Below are positions 9,482 through 20,040 of a DNA stretch of 64,000 nucleotides, in pieces. This DNA is from Spirochaetaceae bacterium (GTDB lineage: Bacteria > Spirochaetota > Spirochaetia > DSM-2461): contig JAOPTT010000006.1 of assembly GCA_051531975.1 (NCBI GenBank), positions 32,656-96,655 of the forward strand, written 5' to 3'. Below the pieces are notes generated by a model that did not search any database, was not told where the DNA came from, and was given only the letters and a program-made list of their open reading frames with translations. Numbering within the stretch: position 1 is the stretch's first letter; each line of letters starts with the position of its first letter. Both the position numbers and the translations under genes were made by a program.

Positions 9482-10699
9482 CTACTTCTTTTTTTTCGGT
9501 TTTTTTGGCTTTAAAGCCTTAATTCTAGGGGATGGCATAAGATCTACAGTCGGTTCGAACCCATCAATGACTTTTCTTTTAATATATGTTTGGATTTGTC
9601 TCTCTATTTTTACTAGATATTCAAATTCATCTTCACTTGCAAAAGAGATTGAAATCCCTGATTCACCAGCTCTTCCTGTTCTACCAATTCTGTGGATATA
9701 ATTCTCAGGTACTTGAGGTAGATCATAATTAATTACAATAGGTAATGATTTTATATCGATACCTCTAGAAGCTAAATCAGTTGCAACTAATATTTGAGTT
9801 TCTCCATCTTTAAAATTATCTAATGAATTAGTTCGTGAAAACTGAGTTTTTTTACCATGAATAGAATCAACAATAACTCCTTTACTTTCAAGAAATCTAC
9901 ATAGCCTATCAACTCTATTTTGGCTTTTTGCAAAGACTAAAACTTTATCCCACTTGTTTTGTTTAAAAAGATGTAATAAAAGATGGGTTTTATTACTTTT
10001 GTCTACAGGATATAACCACTCTTCAATGGTATCAGCAGTAGTAATTTCTTCTTCGACTCTAATATCAATTGGATTGTATAAAATCTTTTCAGATAATATT
10101 CTTATTTCTTCTGGGAAAGTAGCAGAAAACATTAGATTTTGTCTTTTTTTAGGAAGTAGTTTAATTATTTTATCTAACTCTTCAGTAAATCCCATATCAA
10201 GTAATTTATCAGCTTCATCTAGGACTAAAGTATCTAAGCAGTCAAAATTTAGTGCATTTTTTTCAAATAAGTCTAATAATCTACCTGGAGTTGCTATTAA
10301 TATATCTGCTCCACCACGTAATTTTTGCATCTGAGGGTTTATATTAACGCCTCCTAAAACTATCTCAACTTTAATATTTAAGTATTTACTATAAGTATTA
10401 ACACTTTCACCAACTTGAACTGCAAGTTCCCTTGTTGGTACTAATATTAATGATCTTATACCCTGGTTTCTTTGAACTAATTTCTTAGTGATTTTTTGTA
10501 ATATAGGTAGAGTAAAACTGGCTGTTTTACCAGTCCCAGTTTGAGATATAGCAATTAGATCTTTATTTTTTAATAATAATGGTATTGCTCTATTTTGAAT
10601 TTCAGTTGGGGTAATATACCCTTTCTCATTTACTGCTTTACATATCTCTTTTGTTAAACCTAGTGCTTTAAAGTCATTTATATTCTCTGTCATTTTCAT
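9482..10699 (-). CDS. rhlE: DEAD-box RNA helicase, RhlE-like
   Basis: QTGTGKT, PTRELA, TPGRL, DEAD, SAT, HRIGRTGRAG; GFEP plus basic C-terminal tail. Confidence 0.88.
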   Translation of the reverse strand: MKMTENINDFKALGLTKEICKAVNEKGYITPTEIQNRAIPLLLKNKDLIAISQTGTGKTASFTLPILQKITKKLVQRNQGIRSLILVPTRELAVQVGESVNTYSKYLNIKVEIVLGGVNINPQMQKLRGGADILIATPGRLLDLFEKNALNFDCLDTLVLDEADKLLDMGFTEELDKIIKLLPKKRQNLMFSATFPEEIRILSEKILYNPIDIRVEEEITTADTIEEWLYPVDKSNKTHLLLHLFKQNKWDKVLVFAKSQNRVDRLCRFLESKGVIVDSIHGKKTQFSRTNSLDNFKDGETQILVATDLASRGIDIKSLPIVINYDLPQVPENYIHRIGRTGRAGESGISISFASEDEFEYLVKIERQIQTYIKRKVIDGFEPTVDLMPSPRIKALKPKKPKKKK

Positions 10700-10827
10700 A
10701 TTATATTTAAATTTGAAATATATTACAAATCACTGTTTAATAATTATACTTTTATAGGAAAACTTAAGTAAAAAATCCATCTGATTTATCTTTAAAGCTA
10801 ATTATTATTTGCATTACATTGTAAAAT

Positions 10828-10856
10828 TTGACTTATATATACTCATGTCTTAGAAT
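10828..10856 (+). promoter_or_regulatory. Sigma70-type promoter of the che operon
   Basis: TTGACT-N17-TAGAAT upstream of cheY (10928). Confidence 0.6.
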
Positions 10857-10927
10857 TTAAAATAATAGTTATGGAATATTTGATGAGCATTTAAAATGTA
10901 AAATATTATGTATAAGGACATGACAAT

Positions 10928-11290
10928 ATGAAATCGATATTTGCAGTTGATGATAGTTCTACTGTAAGGGCTATGCTGGGGAATGTGTTAATAAAAGCTG
11001 GGTATTCTCTACATTTTGCTGAGGATGGAGTTATAGCTTTAGATATGATTAATAAAAGTTCATATAAAATAGATCTTTTTATATTTGATGTTAACATGCC
11101 TAATATGGATGGTATCGCTCTAATTAAAGATGTGAGAAAAATATCTAAATTTAAATATACTCCAGTTTTGTTTTTAACATCTGAGTCCCAATTAGTTAAT
11201 GAAGGAAAGCTAGCAGGTGCTACTGGTTGGATTGTGAAGCCTATAAATGATGATTTGTTGTTAAGTGTAATTAAAAGATTTATTAAATGA
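10928..11290 (+). CDS. cheY: CheY-like response regulator (copy 2)
   Basis: AVDDS, FDVNMPNMDG, FLTSES, GATGWIVKP. Confidence 0.9.
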   Translation: MKSIFAVDDSSTVRAMLGNVLIKAGYSLHFAEDGVIALDMINKSSYKIDLFIFDVNMPNMDGIALIKDVRKISKFKYTPVLFLTSESQLVNEGKLAGATGWIVKPINDDLLLSVIKRFIK

Positions 11291-11335
11291 AAATTATATA
11301 TTTGTTAAATTAAAATTAATATATTAGGGGATTTT

Positions 11336-13090
11336 ATGAAATTAAGAAAAGTTTTTAATTGGATCATGTTCGTAGCTGTATTATTAACATTAAGTTATGT
11401 TTATATAACTATGTTGAGAAACAATGTAGTTGAAAAAATTGATGAAAAACATAATGAGCGTTTTTTGTCTTTTGCAATCGCTGATGAGTTTAGACAAACA
11501 TCTGCAAATCTGACAAGATTTGCAAGAACATATTCTGCAACAGGTGATCAAAAGTATTGGGATGAGTATTGGGCACTTGTTGGTTGGAGTTCTGGAGAGA
11601 CTCCAAGACCTGATTTTGTCCATTCTGATCTTTATCCAGGAGAAAAAATAAAAGAGTTAGATGTTATGGCTAGGGTTGGCCTAACAGAAGATGAACTTAT
11701 ACAACTTGGTGCGATAATAGGCCTATCAAATGATCTAATATTATTAGAAGATCAAGCTATGCAATCTGTACAATCAGGTACTTTTGTTGATGGACCTGAA
11801 GAGATTTATGAAGATGAAAATATTAATAGTTTTGCAGTAAGAATATTATATGATAAAACATATCATGATGTTATTTATCAGATTATTGAGGAAGTTGATG
11901 CATATATACGTGAATTAGATGTACGAATATTTAATCAACTAAATGTATTAGAAAGCCAAGAAACTTTTATTAATACAATTGCGATGATTATACTCGCGAT
12001 TTTAGTAATTTGTATTTTTTCTCTTATTATATATTTAAATAAATATATCCTAAATAAAGTTCTAGGTGGTGAGCCTGTAACTATTGGAGAAATGGCTAAA
12101 AATATTGCCAAGGGAGATCTTAATATAGATTTAATTCATAAAGATAGTATTGGATTAATGGGCGAAATGGTAACAATGACAAATAACTTCCGTGATGTTG
12201 TTTCTGAAGTTCGAAATAGCTCAAATAATGTTGCTTCAGGCAGTAGCCAACTTAGTGAGACATCTAATCAAATGTCCCAAGGAGCCACTGAACAAGCAGC
12301 TGCTATTGAAGAAATATCATCATCCATGGAAGAGATGGTTTCAAATATAAGACGAAATGCAGATAACTCTATACAAACTGAAAAGATAGCAAGAAAATCT
12401 GCTGTTGATGCAGAAAATGGTGGAAGTGCAGTTAATAAAACAGTCCAAGCTATGAAAGATATCGCATCAAAAATTAATATTATTGAGGAGATTGCTAGGA
12501 ATACAAATCTACTTGCACTAAATGCATCAATTGAAGCAGCTAGAGCAGGTGAATATGGAAAAGGATTTGCAGTTGTTGCATCAGAAGTTGGAAAACTTGC
12601 CGAACGTAGTCAGTTAGCGGCTTCTGAGATAAATGGACTTGCAACAAATAGTGTTCAAATCGCTGAACAAGCTGGAGTTACTATAAACGATATGATTCCA
12701 GATATAATTCATACTGCTGAATTAATACAGGAAATTAGTGCTTCTAGTAATGAACAAAACTCTGGAGCAGAACAGATCAATGCTGCCATAATGCAGCTTG
12801 ATAAAGTTATACAGCAAAATGCGTCTGTTTCTGAGGAATCATCTTCAATGGCAGAAGAGCTTAATGGTCAATCTATGTTACTAAAAGAAGCAATTAGTTT
12901 TTTTAAAGCGGGTAATTCAAATGATACAATTAAAAAAAACCGCGTAGATCATACAACTAAAAGTTTACCTTCTAGACACATTATAAAAGAGCCAAAACAG
13001 AGAGCCAAAGGTGTTAATTTAAAAATGAACGATAGTGAACAATATAGTTTATATGATGATGAATTAGATAGTGACTATGAGGCATTTTAG
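11336..13090 (+). CDS. Methyl-accepting chemotaxis protein with periplasmic sensor and C-terminal pentapeptide
   Basis: TM-periplasmic-TM-HAMP-like; canonical [29 protein letters not shown]; ends DYEAF. Confidence 0.95.
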   Translation: MKLRKVFNWIMFVAVLLTLSYVYITMLRNNVVEKIDEKHNERFLSFAIADEFRQTSANLTRFARTYSATGDQKYWDEYWALVGWSSGETPRPDFVHSDLYPGEKIKELDVMARVGLTEDELIQLGAIIGLSNDLILLEDQAMQSVQSGTFVDGPEEIYEDENINSFAVRILYDKTYHDVIYQIIEEVDAYIRELDVRIFNQLNVLESQETFINTIAMIILAILVICIFSLIIYLNKYILNKVLGGEPVTIGEMAKNIAKGDLNIDLIHKDSIGLMGEMVTMTNNFRDVVSEVRNSSNNVASGSSQLSETSNQMSQGATEQAAAIEEISSSMEEMVSNIRRNADNSIQTEKIARKSAVDAENGGSAVNKTVQAMKDIASKINIIEEIARNTNLLALNASIEAARAGEYGKGFAVVASEVGKLAERSQLAASEINGLATNSVQIAEQAGVTINDMIPDIIHTAELIQEISASSNEQNSGAEQINAAIMQLDKVIQQNASVSEESSSMAEELNGQSMLLKEAISFFKAGNSNDTIKKNRVDHTTKSLPSRHIIKEPKQRAKGVNLKMNDSEQYSLYDDELDSDYEAF

Positions 13091-13099
13091 GAGAATCTT

Positions 13100-13621
13100 A
13101 TGAATGATAATAATGTCCAGGTACTAAATCAGTATTTAACATTTACTTTAAATAATGAAAAGTATGGTATTGATATTGTAAATACCAGAGAAGTTCTTGA
13201 AACCACAGAATTAACAAAAGTTCCTAGAATGCCTGACTTTATGTGTGGTGTTATAAACTTAAGAGGTAGTGTTGTTCCCGTAATTGACCTGAAACTAAAG
13301 TTCAATATGGGGAGTTTAACTGATAATGAGAGAAATAATGTAATTGTAACCGAGATTAATGATCTAGATAGTGGTGACGAGAAACTAACAATTGGTATTT
13401 TTTGTGATTCTGTTCAGAAAGTTTTGACAATTGAACCAGAAAATATAGAGTCCGCCCCAAAGATTGGGATACCAATAAATACGGAGTTTATTCATGGAAT
13501 GGGAAAGGTTAAGGATGAGTTTATAATATTATTAAACATAAATAAAATTCTGACTAGTAAAGATCTTAATCAAATCGTTTCTGATGGTGATGAATCAAAT
13601 GAGGAATCTGATGGCAATTAA
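13100..13621 (+). CDS. cheW: Chemotaxis coupling protein CheW
   Basis: QYLTF, TKVPRMPDFMCGVINLRGSVVPVIDL. Confidence 0.95.
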   Translation: MNDNNVQVLNQYLTFTLNNEKYGIDIVNTREVLETTELTKVPRMPDFMCGVINLRGSVVPVIDLKLKFNMGSLTDNERNNVIVTEINDLDSGDEKLTIGIFCDSVQKVLTIEPENIESAPKIGIPINTEFIHGMGKVKDEFIILLNINKILTSKDLNQIVSDGDESNEESDGN

Positions 13622-13934
13622 AAAAGGAACAACCATATTATTAGGTAATGAGCTAATTATTGAAGTTATAGACTCTAAAAAATTAGATTTTTTAGAATAT
13701 CTTGAAAAGGGAAATAGTTTTAAAATAGATTTTTCGGAAATAAAAAAAATAGATATTATTGGTCTGCAGTTCATTATTTCTTTTTATAAAGAAGTAACTA
13801 AGGCAGGGAAAAAAATTAAATTTTCTGGTGTTTTTACTGATGAATTTATTGAAGAATTAAACAGCATTATTTTTACTTTGGATAGAATTAATAATACAAA
13901 TGATCTATCCAATCTAATTAAAGAGGTAATTTAG
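13611..13934 (+). CDS. STAS-domain protein of the chemotaxis cluster
   Basis: GNELII...IDFSEIKKIDIIGLQFIIS. Start placed at ATG 13611 (GAGG upstream) rather than 13584. Confidence 0.8.
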   Translation: MAIKKGTTILLGNELIIEVIDSKKLDFLEYLEKGNSFKIDFSEIKKIDIIGLQFIISFYKEVTKAGKKIKFSGVFTDEFIEELNSIIFTLDRINNTNDLSNLIKEVI

Positions 13935-13940
13935 AGGTCG

Positions 13941-16001
13941 ATGATGGAAGATGGTAGATTTATACAAATTTTTAAAGATGAGGCACTAGAGCTATTAGGA
14001 CAATTAGAGGACTCTTTATTAGAACTTGAAGCTAGTCCTAAAGACGAGGAGCTTATATCTGCAGTTTTTAGAGTTATGCATACAATAAAAGGTTCGGCTG
14101 GAATGGTTGGCTTAGAAGCTATTTCAGAGTTTACACATGAGGTTGAATCAATATTTGAGGAAATAAGATCTGGTAATATTATTGTCTCAAAAAGTTTTAT
14201 TGATTATACACTAAGATCTAGGGATATAATATTAGAGATGATAAATGATCCAGACTATAGATTTCAAGACTCTGAATCTTTCTTTTCAGGTTTCAAGAAT
14301 TCAATTAACAAAAGAACTGAAATTACTAAAACTGATTTACATCCAAAAACATATAGGATTATATTTAAACCAGATCCTGAAATCTTTTTTACTGGGACAG
14401 ATCCATTAAGAATGATACAAGAAATTCTTGAGCTAGGTGAAGGGGTCGTAATGCCTTTTTACCGTGAGATACCAAAGTTTACTGATTTTATCCCACAGCA
14501 GTGTTATATTTATTGGGAAATTTATCTAACAACTACAGAAAAAATAAATAAAATTCATGATGTTTTTATTTTTTTAAACGAGAAATCTTCTATTACAGTA
14601 GAAGAGTGGAATCATGAAATAGAAGACCCTAATCCTCAGAAACTTGGTCATTTACTTGTTAAAAGTGGACTACTAAAAGATAGTGATATTAATAATGCAC
14701 TCGATAAGCAGCCAATGCTTGGTGAAATTCTTATAAAAAAAGATATTTTAACTAAACATGAGGTGAAAAATGCATTAAAGGCTCAATCATATATAAACGA
14801 AAAGAAAAGTAACAAAGTAGAAACTAAAATATCAAATAGTTTAAGAATAAATTCTAATAAGCTTGATAGTCTTATAGATTTAGTTGGTGAAATTGTAACT
14901 ATTTATGCTCAAATGTTACAAATGAGTCATGAATCAGAGGATTCAAAGCTAGTATCTATAATAGAACGATTTGGTATGTTAACAGAAGATCTAAGGGATA
15001 CTTCCATGAGTATGCGCATGGTACCAATTGGTTCTACATTTTCAAGGTTCAAAAGGTTAGTTAGAGATCTTTCTGGTGAACTTGGGAAAAAAATTGAACT
15101 TGTTACTGAGGGAGCTGAAACAGAACTTGATAAAAATGTGATAGAGCAACTTAATGAGCCTTTAGTACATATAATTAGGAATTGTATAGATCATGGTATA
15201 GAAAGTCCTGAAATCAGAACCAAGAATGGAAAAAGTGAATCAGGTGTAATAAAATTAAGTGCGATTCATTCTGGAACAACAGTTCAAATCGTTATTGAAG
15301 ATAATGGTGGCGGATTAAGTAGAGATAAAATATATAATAAAGCCATTTCTCGAGGATTAATACAAAAAACTGATGAGATATCTAATAAAGATCTTTTTAA
15401 CTTAATTTTTGCACCAGGATTTTCTACTGCTGAAAATATTACAAAGGTTTCAGGTAGAGGTGTTGGACTTGATGCTGTAAAAAAACAGATAGAATTACTT
15501 AAAGGTCATGTATATATAGATAGTAAAGAAGGTGAGTTTACAAAATTTACTCTTGTTTTACCAATAACTTTAGCTATAATCGAAGGCCTTTTAGTTCAGA
15601 TTGAAAAAGAGTCTTTTGTAATTCCACTTGGAGCAGTGGAAGCTTGTGTTGAGTTAATGGATGAAAACAAAGACTTAAAGTCTGGTCGAAATGTAATAAC
15701 TTTTAGAGATAAATTAGTTCCATATATTGATCTAAGAAAATTTTTTAGTATTAAAAGTCAAAGGCAGACAATTGAGCAAATAGTAATTGTTAATTCAAAT
15801 CATCGTCAGATTGGATTACTTGTTGATAGCGTAATAGGAAGTCATCAAACTGTTATCAAATCACTCGGAAATATGTATCGAGGAGTACAAGAGATCTCAG
15901 GAGCAGCGATTTTAGGTAATGGTTCAGTTGCTTTAGTTTTTGATGTGGAGAAACTTGTTAGAGTAGTTGAAAAAACAGAAAGTATTTATGCTATTACATA
16001 A
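13941..16001 (+). CDS. cheA: Chemotaxis histidine kinase CheA
   Basis: Hpt FRVMHTIKGSAG, LDSLIDLVGE, HIIRNCIDHGIE, SGRGVGLD, C-terminal CheW-like domain. Confidence 0.97.
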   Translation: MMEDGRFIQIFKDEALELLGQLEDSLLELEASPKDEELISAVFRVMHTIKGSAGMVGLEAISEFTHEVESIFEEIRSGNIIVSKSFIDYTLRSRDIILEMINDPDYRFQDSESFFSGFKNSINKRTEITKTDLHPKTYRIIFKPDPEIFFTGTDPLRMIQEILELGEGVVMPFYREIPKFTDFIPQQCYIYWEIYLTTTEKINKIHDVFIFLNEKSSITVEEWNHEIEDPNPQKLGHLLVKSGLLKDSDINNALDKQPMLGEILIKKDILTKHEVKNALKAQSYINEKKSNKVETKISNSLRINSNKLDSLIDLVGEIVTIYAQMLQMSHESEDSKLVSIIERFGMLTEDLRDTSMSMRMVPIGSTFSRFKRLVRDLSGELGKKIELVTEGAETELDKNVIEQLNEPLVHIIRNCIDHGIESPEIRTKNGKSESGVIKLSAIHSGTTVQIVIEDNGGGLSRDKIYNKAISRGLIQKTDEISNKDLFNLIFAPGFSTAENITKVSGRGVGLDAVKKQIELLKGHVYIDSKEGEFTKFTLVLPITLAIIEGLLVQIEKESFVIPLGAVEACVELMDENKDLKSGRNVITFRDKLVPYIDLRKFFSIKSQRQTIEQIVIVNSNHRQIGLLVDSVIGSHQTVIKSLGNMYRGVQEISGAAILGNGSVALVFDVEKLVRVVEKTESIYAIT

Positions 16002-16866
16002 AATAGATAATGCAATTTATAGAGGTATTAAAATGTCCTCTGTAGATTTTAGTAAAATTCAGAATTATATTGGTGATACTATAGGAATCAATATTCCTTT
16101 AACAAAAAAATTAATGGTTGAAACAAGATTATTAAAAAGATTAAAAGCTCTAAAAATGACTAATTATGATGAATATACAAAGTACCTATTTAGCAAAGAA
16201 GGTCAAAGTATTGAAATACCTAGGTTTATAGACTGTATTACTACTAATAAAACTGATTTTTTCAGAGAGGAAGATCATTTTGATTTTTTAGTTAAAAATG
16301 TTTATCCAGATCTGATTAAAAAATTTAGATTTAAAGAGATAAATTTATGGTCTGCAGCAGCTTCAACAGGGGTTGAAGCATATACTATTGCAATGATTAC
16401 AGATAATTATCTACTAAATTATTCAGGAATTAATTTTAATATTCTTGCTTCTGATATATCTGAACAGGTTTTAAATATTGGAAAAAGGGCTGTTTATTCT
16501 ATCGAAGATTGTAAGCCCATCACAGGAATATTTAAAAAAAGGTATTGTCTTATTAGTAAAGATAAAGAAAAACCAACTGTAAGGATAAAAAAATATTTGA
16601 GACAAAAAGTTAATTTTAATATTATTAATCTAATTGATGACAACTATGAAATTGAAAAATTATATCATGTTATTTTTCTAAGAAATGTGATGATTTATTT
16701 TAATATGGAGACACAACTTTCAATTCTAAAAAAGTTATATAAATATTTACATCCAGAAGGTTATCTATTTTTAGGGCACTCAGAAAAGGTTCCTGAAAGT
16801 TTATCATTATTTAAAAGGGTTGGACCTTCAATATACGTAAAAAAGGAGAAAACTTTTAATGGATAA
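15988..16866 (+). CDS. cheR: Chemotaxis methyltransferase CheR
   Basis: [42 protein letters not shown]. Start uncertain (15967 TTG, 15988 ATG or 16033 ATG). Confidence 0.93.
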   Translation: MLLHKIDNAIYRGIKMSSVDFSKIQNYIGDTIGINIPLTKKLMVETRLLKRLKALKMTNYDEYTKYLFSKEGQSIEIPRFIDCITTNKTDFFREEDHFDFLVKNVYPDLIKKFRFKEINLWSAAASTGVEAYTIAMITDNYLLNYSGINFNILASDISEQVLNIGKRAVYSIEDCKPITGIFKKRYCLISKDKEKPTVRIKKYLRQKVNFNIINLIDDNYEIEKLYHVIFLRNVMIYFNMETQLSILKKLYKYLHPEGYLFLGHSEKVPESLSLFKRVGPSIYVKKEKTFNG

Positions 16867-17932
16867 TATAATTAAAATAATGATTGTTGATGATTCTGCT
16901 GTTGTCCGTAGTACATTTGCAGAGATAATATCTAATGAGAAGGATATTGATATATTATCTACAGCTGCTGATCCATATATCGCTGCAAAGAAACTACAAG
17001 AAAATATACCAGATGTTATCATCCTTGATATAGAAATGCCAAGAATGGATGGACTCACTTTTCTAAAGAAACTTATGTCTCAATATCCTATCCCAGTAAT
17101 AATTTGTAGCAGTAAAAGTGAAAAAGGATCAACAAATGCCATTAGAGCTTTAGATTATGGCGCTGTTGATATTATTCAGAAACCTCAAGTTGGAACAAAA
17201 GTATTTTTAGAAGAATCTAGAAAGTTAATCTGTGATTCTATTAGAGCTGCGAGTTTAGTAAAATCAAAAAAAGTAGTAGTACCTATTACTGTTACACCAA
17301 AACATAGTGCCGATGTTATAATGTCAAAGCCGATTAATAATAGATCAATCGAAACTACAGAGAAATTAATAGTTGTAGGAGCATCCACAGGTGGTACGGT
17401 GGCATTGAAGGTTTTTTTAGAGCAACTACCACTTGATTCTCCTGGTATTGTTATCGTTCAGCATATGCCTGAAAAATTCACAGAACAGTTTGCTAAAAGA
17501 TTAAATGAAACTTGTACAATTACAGTTAAAGAAGCAAAAAATAATGATTCAATATTAAGGGGTACAGCTCTGATTGCACCTGGTAATAAACATGTTTTAC
17601 TTAAAAGAAGTGGTAGTAGATATTATGTCGAACTTAATAATGGACCATTAGTATCTAGGCACAGGCCTTCGGTTGATGTTCTATTTAGATCAACAGCAAG
17701 ATATGCAGGTAGTAATGCTATAGGAATAATTATGACTGGTATGGGGGATGATGGTGCAGAAGGTCTATTAGAGATGAAAAATTCTGGAGCTTATACTGTA
17801 GCTCAGGATGAAAAAAGTAGTGTTGTTTTTGGAATGCCAAAAGAGGCCATAAAAAGGAATGCTCATTGTAAGATTATGGAACTAGATGCAATTGCTAAAC
17901 ATATAATGTCTAAGTTTAAGGTAATGATATAA
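16859..17932 (+). CDS. cheB: Chemotaxis methylesterase CheB
   Basis: REC plus [28 protein letters not shown]. Confidence 0.97.
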   Translation: MDNIIKIMIVDDSAVVRSTFAEIISNEKDIDILSTAADPYIAAKKLQENIPDVIILDIEMPRMDGLTFLKKLMSQYPIPVIICSSKSEKGSTNAIRALDYGAVDIIQKPQVGTKVFLEESRKLICDSIRAASLVKSKKVVVPITVTPKHSADVIMSKPINNRSIETTEKLIVVGASTGGTVALKVFLEQLPLDSPGIVIVQHMPEKFTEQFAKRLNETCTITVKEAKNNDSILRGTALIAPGNKHVLLKRSGSRYYVELNNGPLVSRHRPSVDVLFRSTARYAGSNAIGIIMTGMGDDGAEGLLEMKNSGAYTVAQDEKSSVVFGMPKEAIKRNAHCKIMELDAIAKHIMSKFKVMI

Positions 17933-18027
17933 TTATATATGAATATTAACTAATTTTTATTTAGCAAATTAAATATAATAATCCTATTTTATAGTTATTA
18001 TTGTAGTCAAAGTATTTACAGAATAAT

Positions 18028-18056
18028 TTGACTTTGCTAATTTTTTGGATTAAATT
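18028..18056 (+). promoter_or_regulatory. Sigma70-type promoter of the second cheY-MCP-like module
   Basis: TTGACT-N17-TAAATT; the -35 forms one arm of the inverted repeat AGTCAAA (18005-11)/TTTGACT (18027-33). Confidence 0.45.
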
Positions 18057-18103
18057 TTAATATAGATATAAATAAATATAAATAAATATAAAAAAGAGGT
18101 CCC

Positions 18104-18469
18104 ATGAAAACAATATTTGCAGTAGATGACTCTGTTACTATAAGATCAACACTTAGCTATACCCTCACTAATGCAGGATTTGATGTACAATTAGCCGAAG
18201 ATGGTGTAATAGCTTTAAAGAAATTAGAGACATTCACAGATAAGATAGATGCTTTCCTCTTTGATGTTAATATGCCCAATATGGATGGCTTAACATTGAT
18301 TAAAAAAGTACGTGAATTACCAAAATATAAGTTTACACCTATATTATTTCTGACTACAGAAACTCAAGCCTCAAAAAAAATAATAGCTCAAGAAGCTGGA
18401 GCAACAGGGTGGATAGTTAAACCTTTTGATGCAGATGTTTTAATTTCTACATTAAAAAGATTTATTTAG
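18104..18469 (+). CDS. cheY: CheY-like response regulator (copy 3, paralog of 1703-2068)
   Basis: MKTIFAVDDSVT, FDVNMPNMDG, KFTPILFLTTE, GWIVKPFD. Confidence 0.92.
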   Translation: MKTIFAVDDSVTIRSTLSYTLTNAGFDVQLAEDGVIALKKLETFTDKIDAFLFDVNMPNMDGLTLIKKVRELPKYKFTPILFLTTETQASKKIIAQEAGATGWIVKPFDADVLISTLKRFI

Positions 18470-18537
18470 TATATAACTAAAGAACTCTGTAATAAATAAT
18501 ACAGAATTAAAACTTTAATACTATTCAAGGAGAATAT

Positions 18538-19788
18538 GTGATCAGAATCACGATTTTATTGTTGATTATAACTTTAAATGTTGTTGGTATATTTTTTAAC
18601 AATTTTACAAATATCACATCTATATTATCTATATTAATGGTTTTGTATCTTTTTTATGTAACAAGAAATAGAAAGAATATGTCTGAACAACCTATAGAAA
18701 AAGAAATTGTTGAATTAGAAATTAATACACCTAAAGATGATATATCTGAAGTTATTATAGAAGATAAATCTGAGATAGATTCAAATAACCAATATTCAGA
18801 AAATTTCTTTTATATTAAAGAGTGCCTTCACGTTATTGAAAACTTATCAATTAATACTAGGAAGTTTGAAGAAGATACTCTTCAATCTCTTTTTAAAGAA
18901 TTTGAAGAAATTTGGTCGGAAAGTGAAGTTATTGTTAGAGATACTAAGGAATCTATGAAATCCATATTTGATGCTAATTCCAAGGATAATCTAGCATATG
19001 TTCTAAATACTTCCAAAGAAATAAATAATGATTTCACCAATTTTATTCCAGTTTTAAACGTTATGAATAATGTAGCTGATAAATTTATCCAAACATCAAT
19101 AGAGAGTTTTGATACAATTACAAAAACGACTAAAGATATTGTTGATTTAGCTGAACAGGTTAAAGTTATTTCGATAAATGTTAGAATTGAAGCTGCAAGG
19201 GTGAAGGATAGTGGTGGTTTTAAAGTATTAGGTAATGACATATCAAATTTTGCTGAAAGAACTTCTAAGGTTGCATTATCAACGAATGAGCAGATAAAAA
19301 CGACTATGCAGGTCATAGATAGTTTGAAATCTGAACTGTCACAGCAATTAGATAGTGTTAAAAATCAAGCTCAGTCTATATTTGCAAAAGTTTCTCCTTT
19401 TGAAAAAATACTATACTCGTCTTCAGAATCTGTAATGGATGTAATAAAAAAACTTAATATTATATCAGGAGAACTTCAATCAAATCTTAGGAATTCAATA
19501 TCTAAATTACAATATCAGGACATAACAAACCAAGAATCAGATCATTTAATTCAAATATTAAAACAGATTGAAAAAGTAGAATTATCTAATTTAAATTTTG
19601 ATGAAACATTAACAATGGAAAAAAAGAAAGATATTAGAGAAAGAATAATTAATTATTTAAAGGATATAAGTACTACATCAAATGAAGAAAATGAAGTTGA
19701 AAGACTAGCAAAACAATGGGGTGTTCGTATTGTTGTAGATACAAGAAAACCTGGAAAAGAGAATGATGATGGTGTTATCTTATTTTGA
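18538..19788 (+). CDS. Atypical methyl-accepting chemotaxis-like protein (copy 2)
   Basis: Same tip EQVKVISINVRIEAARVKDSGGFKVLGNDISNFAE as 2118-3374; LQYQDITNQ; ends DGVILF; GTG start after AGGAG. Confidence 0.8.
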   Translation: MIRITILLLIITLNVVGIFFNNFTNITSILSILMVLYLFYVTRNRKNMSEQPIEKEIVELEINTPKDDISEVIIEDKSEIDSNNQYSENFFYIKECLHVIENLSINTRKFEEDTLQSLFKEFEEIWSESEVIVRDTKESMKSIFDANSKDNLAYVLNTSKEINNDFTNFIPVLNVMNNVADKFIQTSIESFDTITKTTKDIVDLAEQVKVISINVRIEAARVKDSGGFKVLGNDISNFAERTSKVALSTNEQIKTTMQVIDSLKSELSQQLDSVKNQAQSIFAKVSPFEKILYSSSESVMDVIKKLNIISGELQSNLRNSISKLQYQDITNQESDHLIQILKQIEKVELSNLNFDETLTMEKKKDIRERIINYLKDISTTSNEENEVERLAKQWGVRIVVDTRKPGKENDDGVILF

Positions 19789-19848
19789 ATTGTTTGTTTA
19801 ATGAATAACACAGTTTAATAATTACAGTAAAAATGATAAGTTTATCAT

Positions 19849-20040
19849 ATGAATGGACAAAATAGAGAAAATATAAAGCCTGGTATAGAGGTTAAAATTG
19901 TACAAAAGCACCACCAAAGAAGTGGTGAGTTAACAGAAGGGATAGTTAAAGACCTACTAACTAAGTCTAGTTATCATCCCCATGGAATAAAAGTAAGACT
20001 AGAATCTGGTATAGTAGGCCGTGTTCAGGAAGTTATTTAA
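19849..20040 (+). CDS. YwbE (DUF2196) family small protein
   Basis: IKPGIEVKIVQK...SGELTEGIVKDLLTKSSYHPHGIKVRLESGIVGRV. Confidence 0.88.
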   Translation: MNGQNRENIKPGIEVKIVQKHHQRSGELTEGIVKDLLTKSSYHPHGIKVRLESGIVGRVQEVI

